A DNA stretch of 64,000 nucleotides from Schmidtea polychroa (taxonomy: Eukaryota): positions 16,990,001 to 17,054,000 of the forward strand of contig CM097885.1 of assembly GCA_044892525.1 (NCBI GenBank), read 5' to 3'. Below, piece by piece: positions 23,948 through 35,755 of the stretch. Position numbers and translations under genes: made by a program. The notes under the pieces were generated by a model that saw only the letters and a program-made list of their open reading frames with translations, did no database searches and was not told where the DNA came from. How positions within the stretch are numbered: the stretch's first letter is position 1; each line of letters starts with the position of its first letter.

Positions 23948-25012
23948 TATTATTATTATTATTATAGCTTTTAGATGTGGAGAAAATTTAATTATTCAAA
24001 GCATAGAAAATAATAAACATTTAACATTTAAAAATTATAAGAAATATAAGTAAATTAAATTCCATAATATTATTAAATTCTATAGTGTAATAAATATCAA
24101 AACTAACACTTGACATTTTCGCAGAAAATGCGACAGTAAATCAATACTTTTGGAAGAATTTCCCTAGTCCATTAGTGTGGATTTTCCAATTTTGTATTTT
24201 AAAGACTGTATTAAGCCTATTAAGTCCGCATATTCACATAATTCAAGAGATTTGATGTAATTAAAGAAACAATATAAAAGTAAACAAAAAACTCAAAAAA
24301 ATTATTCGACTTTTGATTTTTCTTATAATGCATCAAAATAACTGAAATACTAAGACAATAAAGTGATATAATGAATAAATGTTTGATCATTAAAAGACCA
24401 CTCAAACAACTGTTTTACGATATATTTTGGCAGGGTCACTGTTATCATCAGATAAGAAAGAAAAACTATAGATGCAATAGATATTCAAACAAATTATTTG
24501 CCTAATTTAATTACCCACAAATAAAATATCATTTATATCATATGAAAAAAGTCTGTAGAAATATCGTGTGCCTTACAAATTTTTTGATCTAGTCTTACAA
24601 ACAACTGTATTGCGTATTTCGTCTATGACAAGCAGAACTTTGGTTTATATTGATTTTGTTATAAACCAACCTTTTGTTGGGCTGAGTCGAAAACTTAATT
24701 GTTCAAAAGTAGGAAAATAAGAAAGTAGGACGTTAAAGAAAATAAAAATAAAATAAGCAAAATTAAGAATAAAATAGAATAAGATATAAGGAAAAAACAA
24801 TAATTAGGAAATAAGGATTAAAACAATAAATAAAAATAAGAAAAATTAAAATAGAACAATAAATTGACGAATAAATGATGTAAAATTTAATAAATAATAA
24901 GGAAATTAAGGAAATAAATAGAAAATATATTAAAAATAAAGGAAATAAGGAAAAATAACCAAAAAACAGGAAAAAGTAAATTAAATTGAAAAAATAAGCG
25001 GTACTCAATTCT

Positions 25013-25075
25013 GATTGGTCCGCATAAATGAAAAATTATTATATAAGCAGGCACCAAAATCATAAAAATCAGTGT
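25013..25075 (+). promoter_or_regulatory. Pol II promoter of the LTR-like element: inverted CCAAT, TATA and Inr
   Basis: GATTGG, then TATATAA at 25040 and TCAGT at 25069. The same order recurs at 29229-29290 and 52771-52820. Confidence 0.75.
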
Positions 25076-25533
25076 TAATTCAAAAACTTCATAGGTAAGT
25101 AAATTTTAAATATCATGCAGTGTTAATTCAAAAACTTCATAGGTAACGATCCAGAGACAGCCGCGACTCAAAATCAATTCAACGTTACATTTGCAATAGA
25201 AATCGACACCCGAAGAGTTACAGAATCCGAAATCAGCAGACTATTTTGTTTGAAAACCGAACATTATATTTTCGACTCAGCCTAATTCAATAGTAAGGAG
25301 ATTTTCTTTATGGTATTTATTTTAGAAGTTAATCGTACTTATGCATATTTGATGAATAATTAAAATCTTAATTTAAAGCAGTTTTCCTTTTCATTTGATC
25401 CCCCGTAATGATTTTAATAAAGTAAATGATTTAAATGTCTAAAAGTATTTACTAGTAACAAATGAATCATTGAGTAATTTTTATGATTAGTTTTTATGAA
25501 TTATCATTTTTCTGTGTTTAACTTAATGAGGAA

Positions 25534-25671
25534 CGTGGAGTTGAGATACTCCATGTCATGGTGTGAGGTGCCTTCAGGAGCTCAGCCGGTGGACATGGAG
25601 TTTTTCAATCACGCAGCTAGATTGGGCCGAAATGTGAAGGCTTCTTCACGGGTCCAATCGCTGAAGGTGAC
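25534..25671 (+). ncRNA. Structured cis-RNA element A, copy A (homolog at 29756-29892)
   Basis: Two hairpins with compensatory changes between copies, plus loop GCCTTCAG complementary to downstream CTGAAGGT. Confidence 0.65.
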
Positions 25672-27044
25672 TTAAAAAATATAGAAGAATGGAAACGAAG
25701 GAGAGTAGTGACATCTAATTAAATGAGATAGTCGTAGTAGTAGTGATCCACAGTGACTGAGCGAGTCTAAAATCTTCACATCTGCGATAGTTCTGTAGCT
25801 CTCGTGTTTTGGCAGTCTATTATCATCATCAGCTTTAGATTCCAGACAGTGTAATTTCGCTAATAGGGCAAGTATCATCTATTAACCAATTACTTTGATT
25901 TCGAAATAGCCACTCCCACTCAATTTCAACAATGAATCCAATTTAATAGTACTTAGCCTGACAGTAAGACAGTAGAATATAAGATCATCGAAAATTGAAA
26001 TTGAAAAATAAGTCAATACACGTGAAACATCTTTTATTTAAGTACAAAGGGAAAACAAATTTTCGAAATACCTGTATATGAGCCAATGTGTAAAACATTT
26101 TCTTCATTTAACTCCCAAAACAGTCGCCATCAACCAAGTAAGATAAGTAAAGACACCCAGAATGGTTTAATGAAACTTCCTCGAATGCGATATATCCAAT
26201 AATAGCGACGAGAGAGAATTTACACTTGAATTTAGACTAGTCGAGTGTAATCTAACACCAGTAAACAAATCCAGAATGCTATTCGTATTAAAATTCAGTA
26301 GAGCCACTATATTCGCCTGCGCGCACACACAAGTATTATGAGTCCAGTAGCAAATCCATATGGGATATCCATCAGCGATAATACAGTAAGTTATCAATCA
26401 TACTTGCGTGAGAAAATTTCCATACGTCACCCCGTTAGGTTTTTCCTGTGATTTGAATCAGCAGTAGGTAAATTCGCATTGAGCAATTACCCTGAGAGAC
26501 TCCACCCAGCACGCAGCATTCAGTTTCCAACTATAAGATAAAATCATCAGCCAGAGAGAAATTCACGCGGATTACTGATAACCGAAAGCGTGCAGTTGTA
26601 TAATTTAAGTCCAAAGTTTGGAACTTCTAAATTTAATCTGTATAACTAACGATTAACTAAACCCGCGGAATCTACCGAATTTTCATATTAGATAATTATC
26701 TTTTGTAAAGTAGTTAGTAATTTGATTTTGAGCTCTTGAATGTGATTTAACATTTTTAGGTAAAATTTAACTATTACTCATTTCACTTAATAGGTAGAAC
26801 TTCCATTTTTTTTTGTATTACCTTCCTTTGACAAAGTTATATTGTCGGTTGATATCTTTTAGTAAATAATTAATCTAAAGGGAATAAAGATCGATCTTCT
26901 AGGGAAAAGATCCTCTTGTCAGCCGACCCGGTTCCCTTTCTTGTCAGAATATCTGGGACATTCAACGAATAATGTGTCGGAACAATGATCTTATAAAATT
27001 AGTTTATCTCGTTTAGATTTATCTCTTCTTTATAGCCATCAGAT

Positions 27045-27792
27045 ATGCTACCAAACGCCAGACCGGCACTCAAACCCTGTTTATCTTGCTCAGATAAGAA
27101 TGTAGTGATCAAAGACTTACAAGCCCAGATAGGCCGTTATAAGAGAAAAATAGATGAGTTGGAGGGCACCTGGTTTAGCCCCACTCAAATGAAGGAAATC
27201 CAGAAGAGATTATATCGAAGTGAACATTGCCGTGACGCTCTAATCTCCGAGAGCCGGTCACAAAGAAGCTTAATAAAGGAGCAGTCCGAGGCCCTGCACA
27301 AGGTGTACCTGCAGGCGGCCACCACTAGAAAAATCGTAACTATCCCTATTCGCGAAGCCGATGAGCTTTTTCCGGCGCACCATGATACTTCTGCCAAATG
27401 GCCGTCTTCTTCCAAGAAATCTTGCCGACAGTGTGTAGAAACGGAACTCACCAAAAGACCCAGATCTCATCATCACGGGAACGAGCAGAGCACAAAGTGA
27501 AAGCACACCTACTGATACTGTGCCACAGAGGGATCAATCAACGTCGAAACCGAAGCGTAAGCAGTTATCGCGGGCAGAGCGTAAGAGACGACAGCGCGAA
27601 CGAGCAAACATCCAGCAAAGCACCACAGTGATGGAACCCCCAACTCCCCGAAACGTCAACCCAGCGGTGGTAGATCTAACTACCGGGATCTCCGCACGGA
27701 TTATCTCGGCTGCTGGCGTAGTATGGGAGGAATATGCCTCCGAATTTTTCGACATCGACGAATTATTACGGGATACCGAGTGGGAAAAATGA
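27045..27792 (+). pseudogene. LTR-encoded unknown protein, copy A (frameshifted near 27450-27500)
   Basis: KPCLSCSDKN...GTWFSP...SEHCRD, then KPKRKQLSRAERKRRQRER...FDIDELLRDTEWEK in a second frame. Splice acceptor TTTATAG just before the ATG. Confidence 0.8.
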
Positions 27793-28056
27793 GTAACTCC
27801 AGCAGAAAGCTCAGTGACTATCACCTCTATTATTAGCATCATATGTGATTCTCTGTCATACCATCCATCTGTACATATGGATCTTCTGTTGTTTTGTGTT
27901 TTGAGAATGAAATACATTTATTCCTGTTCCATTTATTTATTTTCGTTAGTGAGGGTTAGGCATAAAATTATATACGGATTGTTTGAAGTTTGATGAGTGT
28001 CAGCCAATTTGCATTCGATCTACCGGTAATGAGAGATTTGGATAATACGAAACGAC

Positions 28057-28200
28057 GTAAGACCTTCTATCGGCCGTCTAGTGTGGGAAGTCGAGACCTC
28101 AGTAAGGAGTAGTTTTAAGGCAGAAGCTCACCTGCTTACTGGCGTCTCGCCGGCATAGTGCAGTACCAACGTGAAGCAGTTCACAGGCACTATGTTGGAA
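28057..28200 (+). ncRNA. Structured cis-RNA element B, copy A (homologs at 32401-32545, 48345-48490, 56387-56525)
   Basis: Strongly conserved non-coding block; stems covary across four copies. Confidence 0.65.
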
Positions 28201-28920
28201 TGCGAGTTATGCGGGGTCCTACTCAGTGTTGGAAAGAGGAGAGGATTTTTGGTAGAGTGGGCAATCAACCCTTAGACTAGCCACAAATGAAATAGCCAAC
28301 CGAGTAAGCCACCCCAGCACTTTTATATATGACAAAAATATATTCTTATGCGGCTGGGAAAAACATAAAATAATAAACTGAAAAAAATAATAATAGATCC
28401 GTATTTTGTACACAAAAGTTACATTAGACTATAAGAAAATTTAAATCGTGTGTTAGAAATAATTCAAGAGAAAATGTTGTCTTTAAAGGGCCAGGAGAGT
28501 TGAAGCACTTACTCTTGGAATAAAACACAGGACATATTTTTTTAAAGGTTCTTAAAAATGGTGTTTTAATTTTATGAAGTGAAACAATTTACATTGCATT
28601 TATTGAGAAATCAGTAGTCATTTTTTAATAAATACAATGTCAATTGAAAAGAAATCAGAGGTGAAAATCGAAAGAAGTTTTTACGAAACAATTTAGTTCA
28701 AGCAAATTTGAAAAGGTTGAAAATAGATTCTCACAACATTTGTCAAAATTGGTATTCGGTTGCATGACTAATGATGATAAATTCAAGTCGATAATCATAT
28801 TAAAAAACGATTCTGAAGGACAATTTTATAACAACAATTGTAGAAAAGACATATCCTAAAGGAATTTAGGTTTATTGTATTTTTAATATAATTTAATAGA
28901 AAAAAATGAATTTATGCTAC

Positions 28921-31900
28921 TGTTGGGCTGAGTCGAAAACATAGATTGGAGATTAGGACAAACAAGATGTTAAATAAAATAAAAATAAAGCAAACAAATT
29001 TAAAAATAAATTAGAATCAAAATACAAAAGAAACAATAATTAAAAAATAAGAGTTAAAACAAAGAATAAAAAATAAGAAAATTAAGATAAGAAAAATAAA
29101 ATAACGTAAAATTCAGTAAATAATGAGGAATTAAAGAAATAAACAAAAAATATAATAAAAATAAGAAGAAATAACCAAAAAACAGAAAAAGTAAATTAAA
29201 TTAGAAAAACTAAGCGGTACTCAATTCTGATTGGTCCGCACACATGAAAAATTAATATATAAGTAAGCACCAAAATCATTAAAATCATCGTTAATTCAAA
29301 AAATTCTATAGGTAAGCAAATTTCGAAAGTATCAACCACCGTTAATTCAAAAAATTCTATAGGTAAATCCAGAAACCGCAGCGACTCACAATCAACCGAA
29401 ATTAGCCAAAGCATAATTAGTAATAGGAATCAACATTCAAGGAACCATCAGGATTTGAAATCGAACAGACTATCTTCAAAGACGAACAATTCATTTTCGA
29501 GTTAGCCCTCAAACCGATAACGATAGTAAGGAGATCTTTTATTTTTGAAAAGTTAATAGTAATCATGGATATTTGTTAAATAATTAAAATTTTGGTTTAA
29601 TGCGATTTTTTCTTCATTTGATCCCTTGTAATAATTTTAACTAGGTTAATGATTTAAATGGCTAAATGTAATTACTAACAATAAATGAGTTATTTCAAAG
29701 TTTTTATGATTTGTTTTATGAGCTGATATCTTATGATTTTAATTCTTATGAGAAACGTGGTGTTGAGACATTTCATGTCATGGTGTGAGGGGCCTTCGGG
29801 AGCTCAGCCGGTGGACATGAAGCTTTTCAATCACGCAGTTGATTCGGGCCGTAATGTGGGGGCTTCCCCACGGGTCCGTCACTGAAGGTGACCTAAACTC
29901 AGTTAGAATAGCAGCATATAGGGTGCATAATAGATTCTAAATCAAAAGAAAAGTAAGATTTACGATTTCACAGTGATTGAGGGAGTTACCATCTTTGTAC
30001 CTACAATGACTCTACCACATTAAGCATCATTCTTCGAGAAATTCATGCTATCACCATCTGTAAATCGGAATCTCTAATGTTACATTAATAATTCGATTAA
30101 CACTCATCTCTAACGAAATTATCCAACGTTGAGCTCTCCTTTTATCCTTCGGAAAATGAACCGATTCGAATTTTCACCTTTACATCTTGATGATCATATG
30201 ATAGAATTCAATAACAACATTTACGTAAAAATGGAAAAAATAATACTATATGTATATCAATATTTTATTTAAGTACATTCATAAATTAATTTCCGACTAC
30301 CTGTGTAAACGTTCTCTATGTGATCCATTCCGAATGACCATAGCTGAAATGAAATTGATAGACATCTAGAGAGTTTAGAAATTCCATCGTTAAGTATATC
30401 CAGCTCTAGAGAAATTACGACTTGTACTAACAAATTCCAACATTGCAAGTTAGATGAGAACTGACAGACGATGAATACGGCACCTAAAATATTCTCTAAT
30501 ACCACATGTGAAGTCAAGTAGAAATTCCACCGAATAGCACACGTGCATGTATATATTGTAACTGCGATTAGCGATATCCATATGTGAGTATGCGCGAGAA
30601 ATAGCATAATCAATGAGCAACCATTCACAGTAGGGAATTTCACCATGTGTCACACCCGATAGAATTTTTCATCTTTGTGAATAGTAACGGGTGAGCGTAT
30701 TAGATAACAGCTACCATGAGGTGCGACACTCAGGTTGTTGATTCTCAGATTTTTGTTTTGGATAAAAATCGTTTGTGTCGTTATCGAGATAAATTGAATA
30801 ATCAATAGACGATTACCGAGGTATGAAAATCCTTAAAGTCCACTTATTAGAAAATTGTAAATTAAGTGTTATAAACGACAATAGAAATTTTAATTAATTA
30901 TGATAGATAATAATCGAAATTTTAAACCAAATGCTGTAAATAATAATTAAACTTAGACAGATTTACCCATATAACTCCTTAGGCATTCACGTATGAACAT
31001 CATCAAGTGGGAAAAGGGAAAGTTTGGGGGAAGTAACTAGCGCTGTATATTTTAATTTTTGATCTAAAACATGATTTAGCAATTTCAAGAGAGATTAAGG
31101 AGTTAATAAATTCACTATTGTGGAATTTTCATACTTAATTTGTATTCGTCAAGACAATGATATAGGCGATTAATTAATATTTTGTAAATAAGGTACAAAG
31201 TGATAGCGATCAACCGTCTGGGGGGCGGAATTTTCCTCATCTGCTTGTCCTGTTTTCTTCCCTTGCCGAATATCCGACAGTGAATAAACAACTGCATCCG
31301 ATCAACGATTTTGTAAATGTAGTATATTCTGGTTATCATAGTTTCTTCTTTACAGCTATCCAACATGCTACCGAATGCCAAACCTGTACTACGCCCTTGC
31401 TTCTCCTGTTCTGACAAAAATTCTATTATCAAGGATTTGCAGTCCCAGATCGGTCGATACAAAAGGAAAATCGACGAACTGGAAGGCATATGGTTCAGCC
31501 CAGTGCAAATGAAAGAGGTACAGAAGAAGTTGTACCGCAGTGAACATTGTCGTGACGCTCTAATCTCTGAGAGCCGTTCCCAACGGAGTCTAATAAAAGA
31601 GCAATCGGAAGCTCTGCACAAAGTGTACCTGCAGGCGACGACTACTCGAAAGATCGTCAGTATCCCCATCCATGAAGCGGACAACATCTTCCCAGTGCAT
31701 CACGATACCTCTTCCAAGTCATCGTCTCCCTTCAAGAAGTCCTGTCGAGAGTGTGTAGAGACCGAGCTCTCACCTAAGCACCCGGACATCATCTTCACCG
31801 GAACCAGTAAGGCGCCACCCACCATTGCATCTACATCTGCAGCAACCCAGAATAGTCAGACGGCATCGAAACCTAAGCGACGGCAACTATCGAGGGCCGA

Positions 31901-32665
31901 ACGCAAAAAAAACAGCGAGAACGAGCGACCGCCAAACAGCACGAACAATCGGCGGGCAACCCGATTAACGTCAACAATTCCCCTTCAGTGATCGATCTGA
32001 CAACCGGGATCCCAGGGCGAATCATCTCCGCTGCTGGCGTAACCTGGGAAGAAAATGCCTTAGAATTTTTCAATTTGGACGAATTGTTAGCCGACACCGA
32101 GTGGGAAAAATGAGAATCCACGGTGGAGTGCTCTCAGCGATCGCAAATTTTCGGACTACGTTATCAATGTTTTCTTTCTTTTTCCTTTTCTCATTGAAGT
32201 ACATTTGTGGCGTATAAATTATCTGTGTTTGGTGTCATAAAATTGAAATAAACCATTTTTCCGTTTTTATATATTTTCCTGTGCGAGGATGTTCGGTATA
32301 GACTGTTTGTGAATATAGGTGAAAGCTTTCAAGGTTCAATGAGCGTTAACCAATTGCATCTAATACAGAGATAGTGAGGGTATGAATAATATGAATAGGC
32401 GTAAGTCCTTCTATCGGCAGTCAAGAGAAGGAAGTCGAGGCCTCAGTAAGGAGTAGTCCTAAGGCAGGGGCTCACCTGCTTACTGGCGTCTCGCCGGCAT
32501 GGTACATTTCCAACGTGAAGCAATTCACGGGTACTATGTTGGAGTATAGGTTGTGCAGGGTTCTGCTCGGAGTTGACAAAGTGATAGCTAACATATATGA
32601 AATGAACAATCATCTCTTAGACGAAAAGTTAAAATAGTTGGAGTCAACCGAGTAGCGCCCCAGCA
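28921..32665 (+). mobile_element. Giant solo-LTR-like element, copy B (3745 bp)
   Basis: TGTTGGG...CCCAGCA termini; TSD CTAC at 28917-28920 and 32666-32669. Confidence 0.92.
31365..32113 (+). pseudogene. LTR-encoded unknown protein, copy B (frameshift in an A-run near 31910)
   Basis: Homologous to copies A, C and D. The conserved tail RIISAAGVTWEE...LDELLADTEWEK is in another frame, ending at 32113. Confidence 0.8.
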
Positions 32666-35094
32666 CTACCTATGATTTAAATATCAAAAATTTGAACATT
32701 CAAACTACAGAGGATTAATAATATTGAATAAATTATTTCTAACTGTATTTTATCTTACTACACAAAGTAAATAAGAGGGGGGTTGGATCCATGCGCTAGA
32801 CGATGGAACACGCGAATAGGTGGTGGGTGAGGTAACCAACATAGAGCACCCAATACAAGCGGCAGAACTCTTGGCGCTTTCGGTACCAGTCAGATAGTGA
32901 GCTAGGATGAGATTAAAAGTTTCAGCTGATGGCAAACTCTGGATCCTGTGTCGAAACTCGTTCCGAGTATATATGATACATTACCCATGTCTGCCACTGT
33001 GTCAGTGTGCGTTGGGCACTACTTTAGCCGATAATGCCTTATAATGAATAAATTGCATGTATTGAATTAAGACCCAATTGATGACTCGCTAAAACTGACA
33101 GGTCAAATCGAACTCCTCTCACCAATAATTTAGCAATAACTAATTGACATATTGGTGCACTGGTTGCACCAGTTATAGGTAATACAGAATCGAGATTTCT
33201 CTGTTTAATGTGTACATTAACTCCTCAAATATGATATAAATTATTTGGTTGGGTATCAAGATTTGTATAAAATACCAAAAGTTAGAACAGAATGGAAAAT
33301 AGTTCAGCAATTCAAAACAGTATTACCGAACGAAAGTCCCCATTAACAAACTTTACGGATTCGGATTACGGATTTTTCGCTTACATTACTTATTTTTTAC
33401 ATATGAATTATATATTTTAAGTTTTATTGCTCAATAAAATTGCATATGTATATGTATATCAGAACTTTACAATTTTTAACATTTTTCAGTTTTAAACTAA
33501 ATATAGGTTTTTATTGCATCTTATACGATTTAAAGATATTGCCTAAAAAATCAAAGGATCAGCCGTGTTCTTAGACCTTATTTGGTTGCGTGCAATTCAA
33601 GTGATGTGAAAACGAAAGGTTTACCGAAAAAGATGGAAAATAAGCTTTCTAATATGATCAACGTTTTGCAGGAAGGTTTACAAAATTAAAGTATTTCAAT
33701 TTGTGTTATAAATAGAACAAAATCAAAGTAGAAAATAATTCAATCGAGACTATTCAATTCGAAAATATTACTAGCCCTAAACAAAAATCATTAAGACGTG
33801 CGCAACTTTATCAGAATATAATACACAGCGGTAGGCCTAGACCACATACTAACCACATGGCAACAGCAGTTAAGGATGCAAATGCAAAACTATTTACTCA
33901 TCTAATATCTATATTTGAAATGCCTGATCTTAAAAAATGGCCATTAATATTAAGACGCTTTGGATCGATGGTGAAAGACAGCTGAATAATTTGACCAAAC
34001 ACAAATATTTAACGTTCCAATTAATGATTTTAGAATTTTTATTGATAAAAATAGAGCTACCAACTCGTGTTTATGTTTACTTACAAAATGTCCTAAATAA
34101 TTAAATACAGAAAATACCACAAGCAAAAAAATAAAACCAAACTCCTTTAAATAAATTATTAAATTTTTTTGTCTTTTTTTTATGGGTTAGTAAAGCAAAA
34201 CCGAATTTTTCCCATACAAAAATATGTTCCAAAAATGTATAGATATTCCGCTTTACCGAGTATTAAGTTTATCTCAACAAGTATAAAAAGAGACAATAAA
34301 TTCTTATTTTAGTGAAAACAGTACATCAATGAATTTGCTGTGATTTTATGTCTTAGATTTATACATTGCAGAAAAAATTGATAATTATAGCGACTTATGG
34401 GGATTTTTATTCCAATAAATTATTTCGTCAACATGGGAATTATGAATATTGAACCTCCACAATCAAGTAAAAGAACAAAAAGAATAATCAAAACTATTGG
34501 TGTTATGGAAGTTGAGCGTGGCTTCAGTGCAATGGGAAATTTATCGAAACTAGTCTTCATAAGAATTTAGGGGAAACCTGAAACTGCTTTTAATCTTCTA
34601 GCTTATATAAGAACATGTTTGAGGAAGCATAATGACATACAAATTAAAATACCATTCATATAAAACAGGGATGGCAAACAAGTCGATCGCGGAGCTATTT
34701 CTGATCGATCTCAAAGTATTTGAAAGTTATGCCATTTCAATAGTAAAAACATAACATTAAAAACTTCAAATTTTTACACATAAATTCATTATTTATAATC
34801 GGAAAATAAATGAAAATTTAACAGAATTCCCGCTAAATTTGAATCTCGTTAGCTTTTTTGTTTTTATCTATTTCTGTTTTTGCAGCATATTGAAACGAAG
34901 TGGAAAAATAAATAAAATAATTTTTACTGGCATTTAATTTAAATTTCAATCTAAGTAGGTTTTGTTGAAAAATATAACACATTTGAATTTGTTTGCTATT
35001 TCCATACAGTTTAAACTTCCACCGACAGTAAGTCGGTCATTAAGTGTTAATAAGTAATAAAATAAATTCTATAGTTATTTGGATCACGTATGTT

Positions 35095-35676
35095 TTTTGG
35101 GCTCAGCAAAAAATTGCAACAACATGTTAGATTGCATGTTAACTTACTTAAAGTTAAGCGTCTTCCTCCTCGCAGATTATTTCCAACAATTCCGTGAAAA
35201 GGCCATTGGATACAATGGCCTTGGGCCTCTTAATTTCATTAACATTCCGGTAAGTCATGGGACTGAGCGCTTATGACCCATAGAACTTTTGCTGGACATG
35301 GAAATTTTTAATTTCTATGAAGGAGGGATACGTGGAGAGTTAACATTTGTTAACAAACATTATGCTGCAAGTTCTGAAGACGTTAGAAAATGGACGAACA
35401 CTGAAGATTTTAAAACTTAAAAATTACATAATAGGGACAAATAAATATACATGTGGACAACATTCAATAATGTCTATGTGAATAATGAGATAAACATTAT
35501 TCTATTGTGATAATAACTTATTTGATTTGGATGTTATTAAGCTTTAATTATATGTTTTATTTTTATTGGTTTACTATAATATACATGAACTTTATATTTT
35601 ATAAATCTGTCGATAATAAATAAAAGATAGAAAACGATGATATTCATTTGTTATTATTGTTGTTTATTATTATTTA

Positions 35677-35755
<79 letters not shown>

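Larger units (their letters stand above)
24675..28319 (+). mobile_element. Giant solo-LTR-like element, copy A (3645 bp)
   Basis: TGTTGGG...CCCAGCA termini; 4-bp TSD CTTT; internal CCAAT/TATA promoter; colinear with copies B-E. Confidence 0.88.

Noticed and set aside
25071..25100. Spliced-leader RNA gene
   Set aside because: The short exon plus donor differs between copies, does not end in the ATG typical of flatworm SLs, and has no evident Sm site.
27185..27917. Antisense ORFs overlapping the LTR gene (also 31115-31687, 47509-47876, 55675-55971)
   Set aside because: Shadows of the sense frame; starts and stops are not conserved between copies.
28057..28200. Known ribozyme (hammerhead or HDV-like)
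   Set aside because: No CUGANGA/GAAA core or HDV nested pseudoknot could be fitted by eye. It is kept as an unclassified structure pending an Rfam search.
34666..34712. hAT-like terminus CAGGGATGGCAAAC (and TGGCAACCCTG near 49310)
   Set aside because: No partner end or TSD could be identified.
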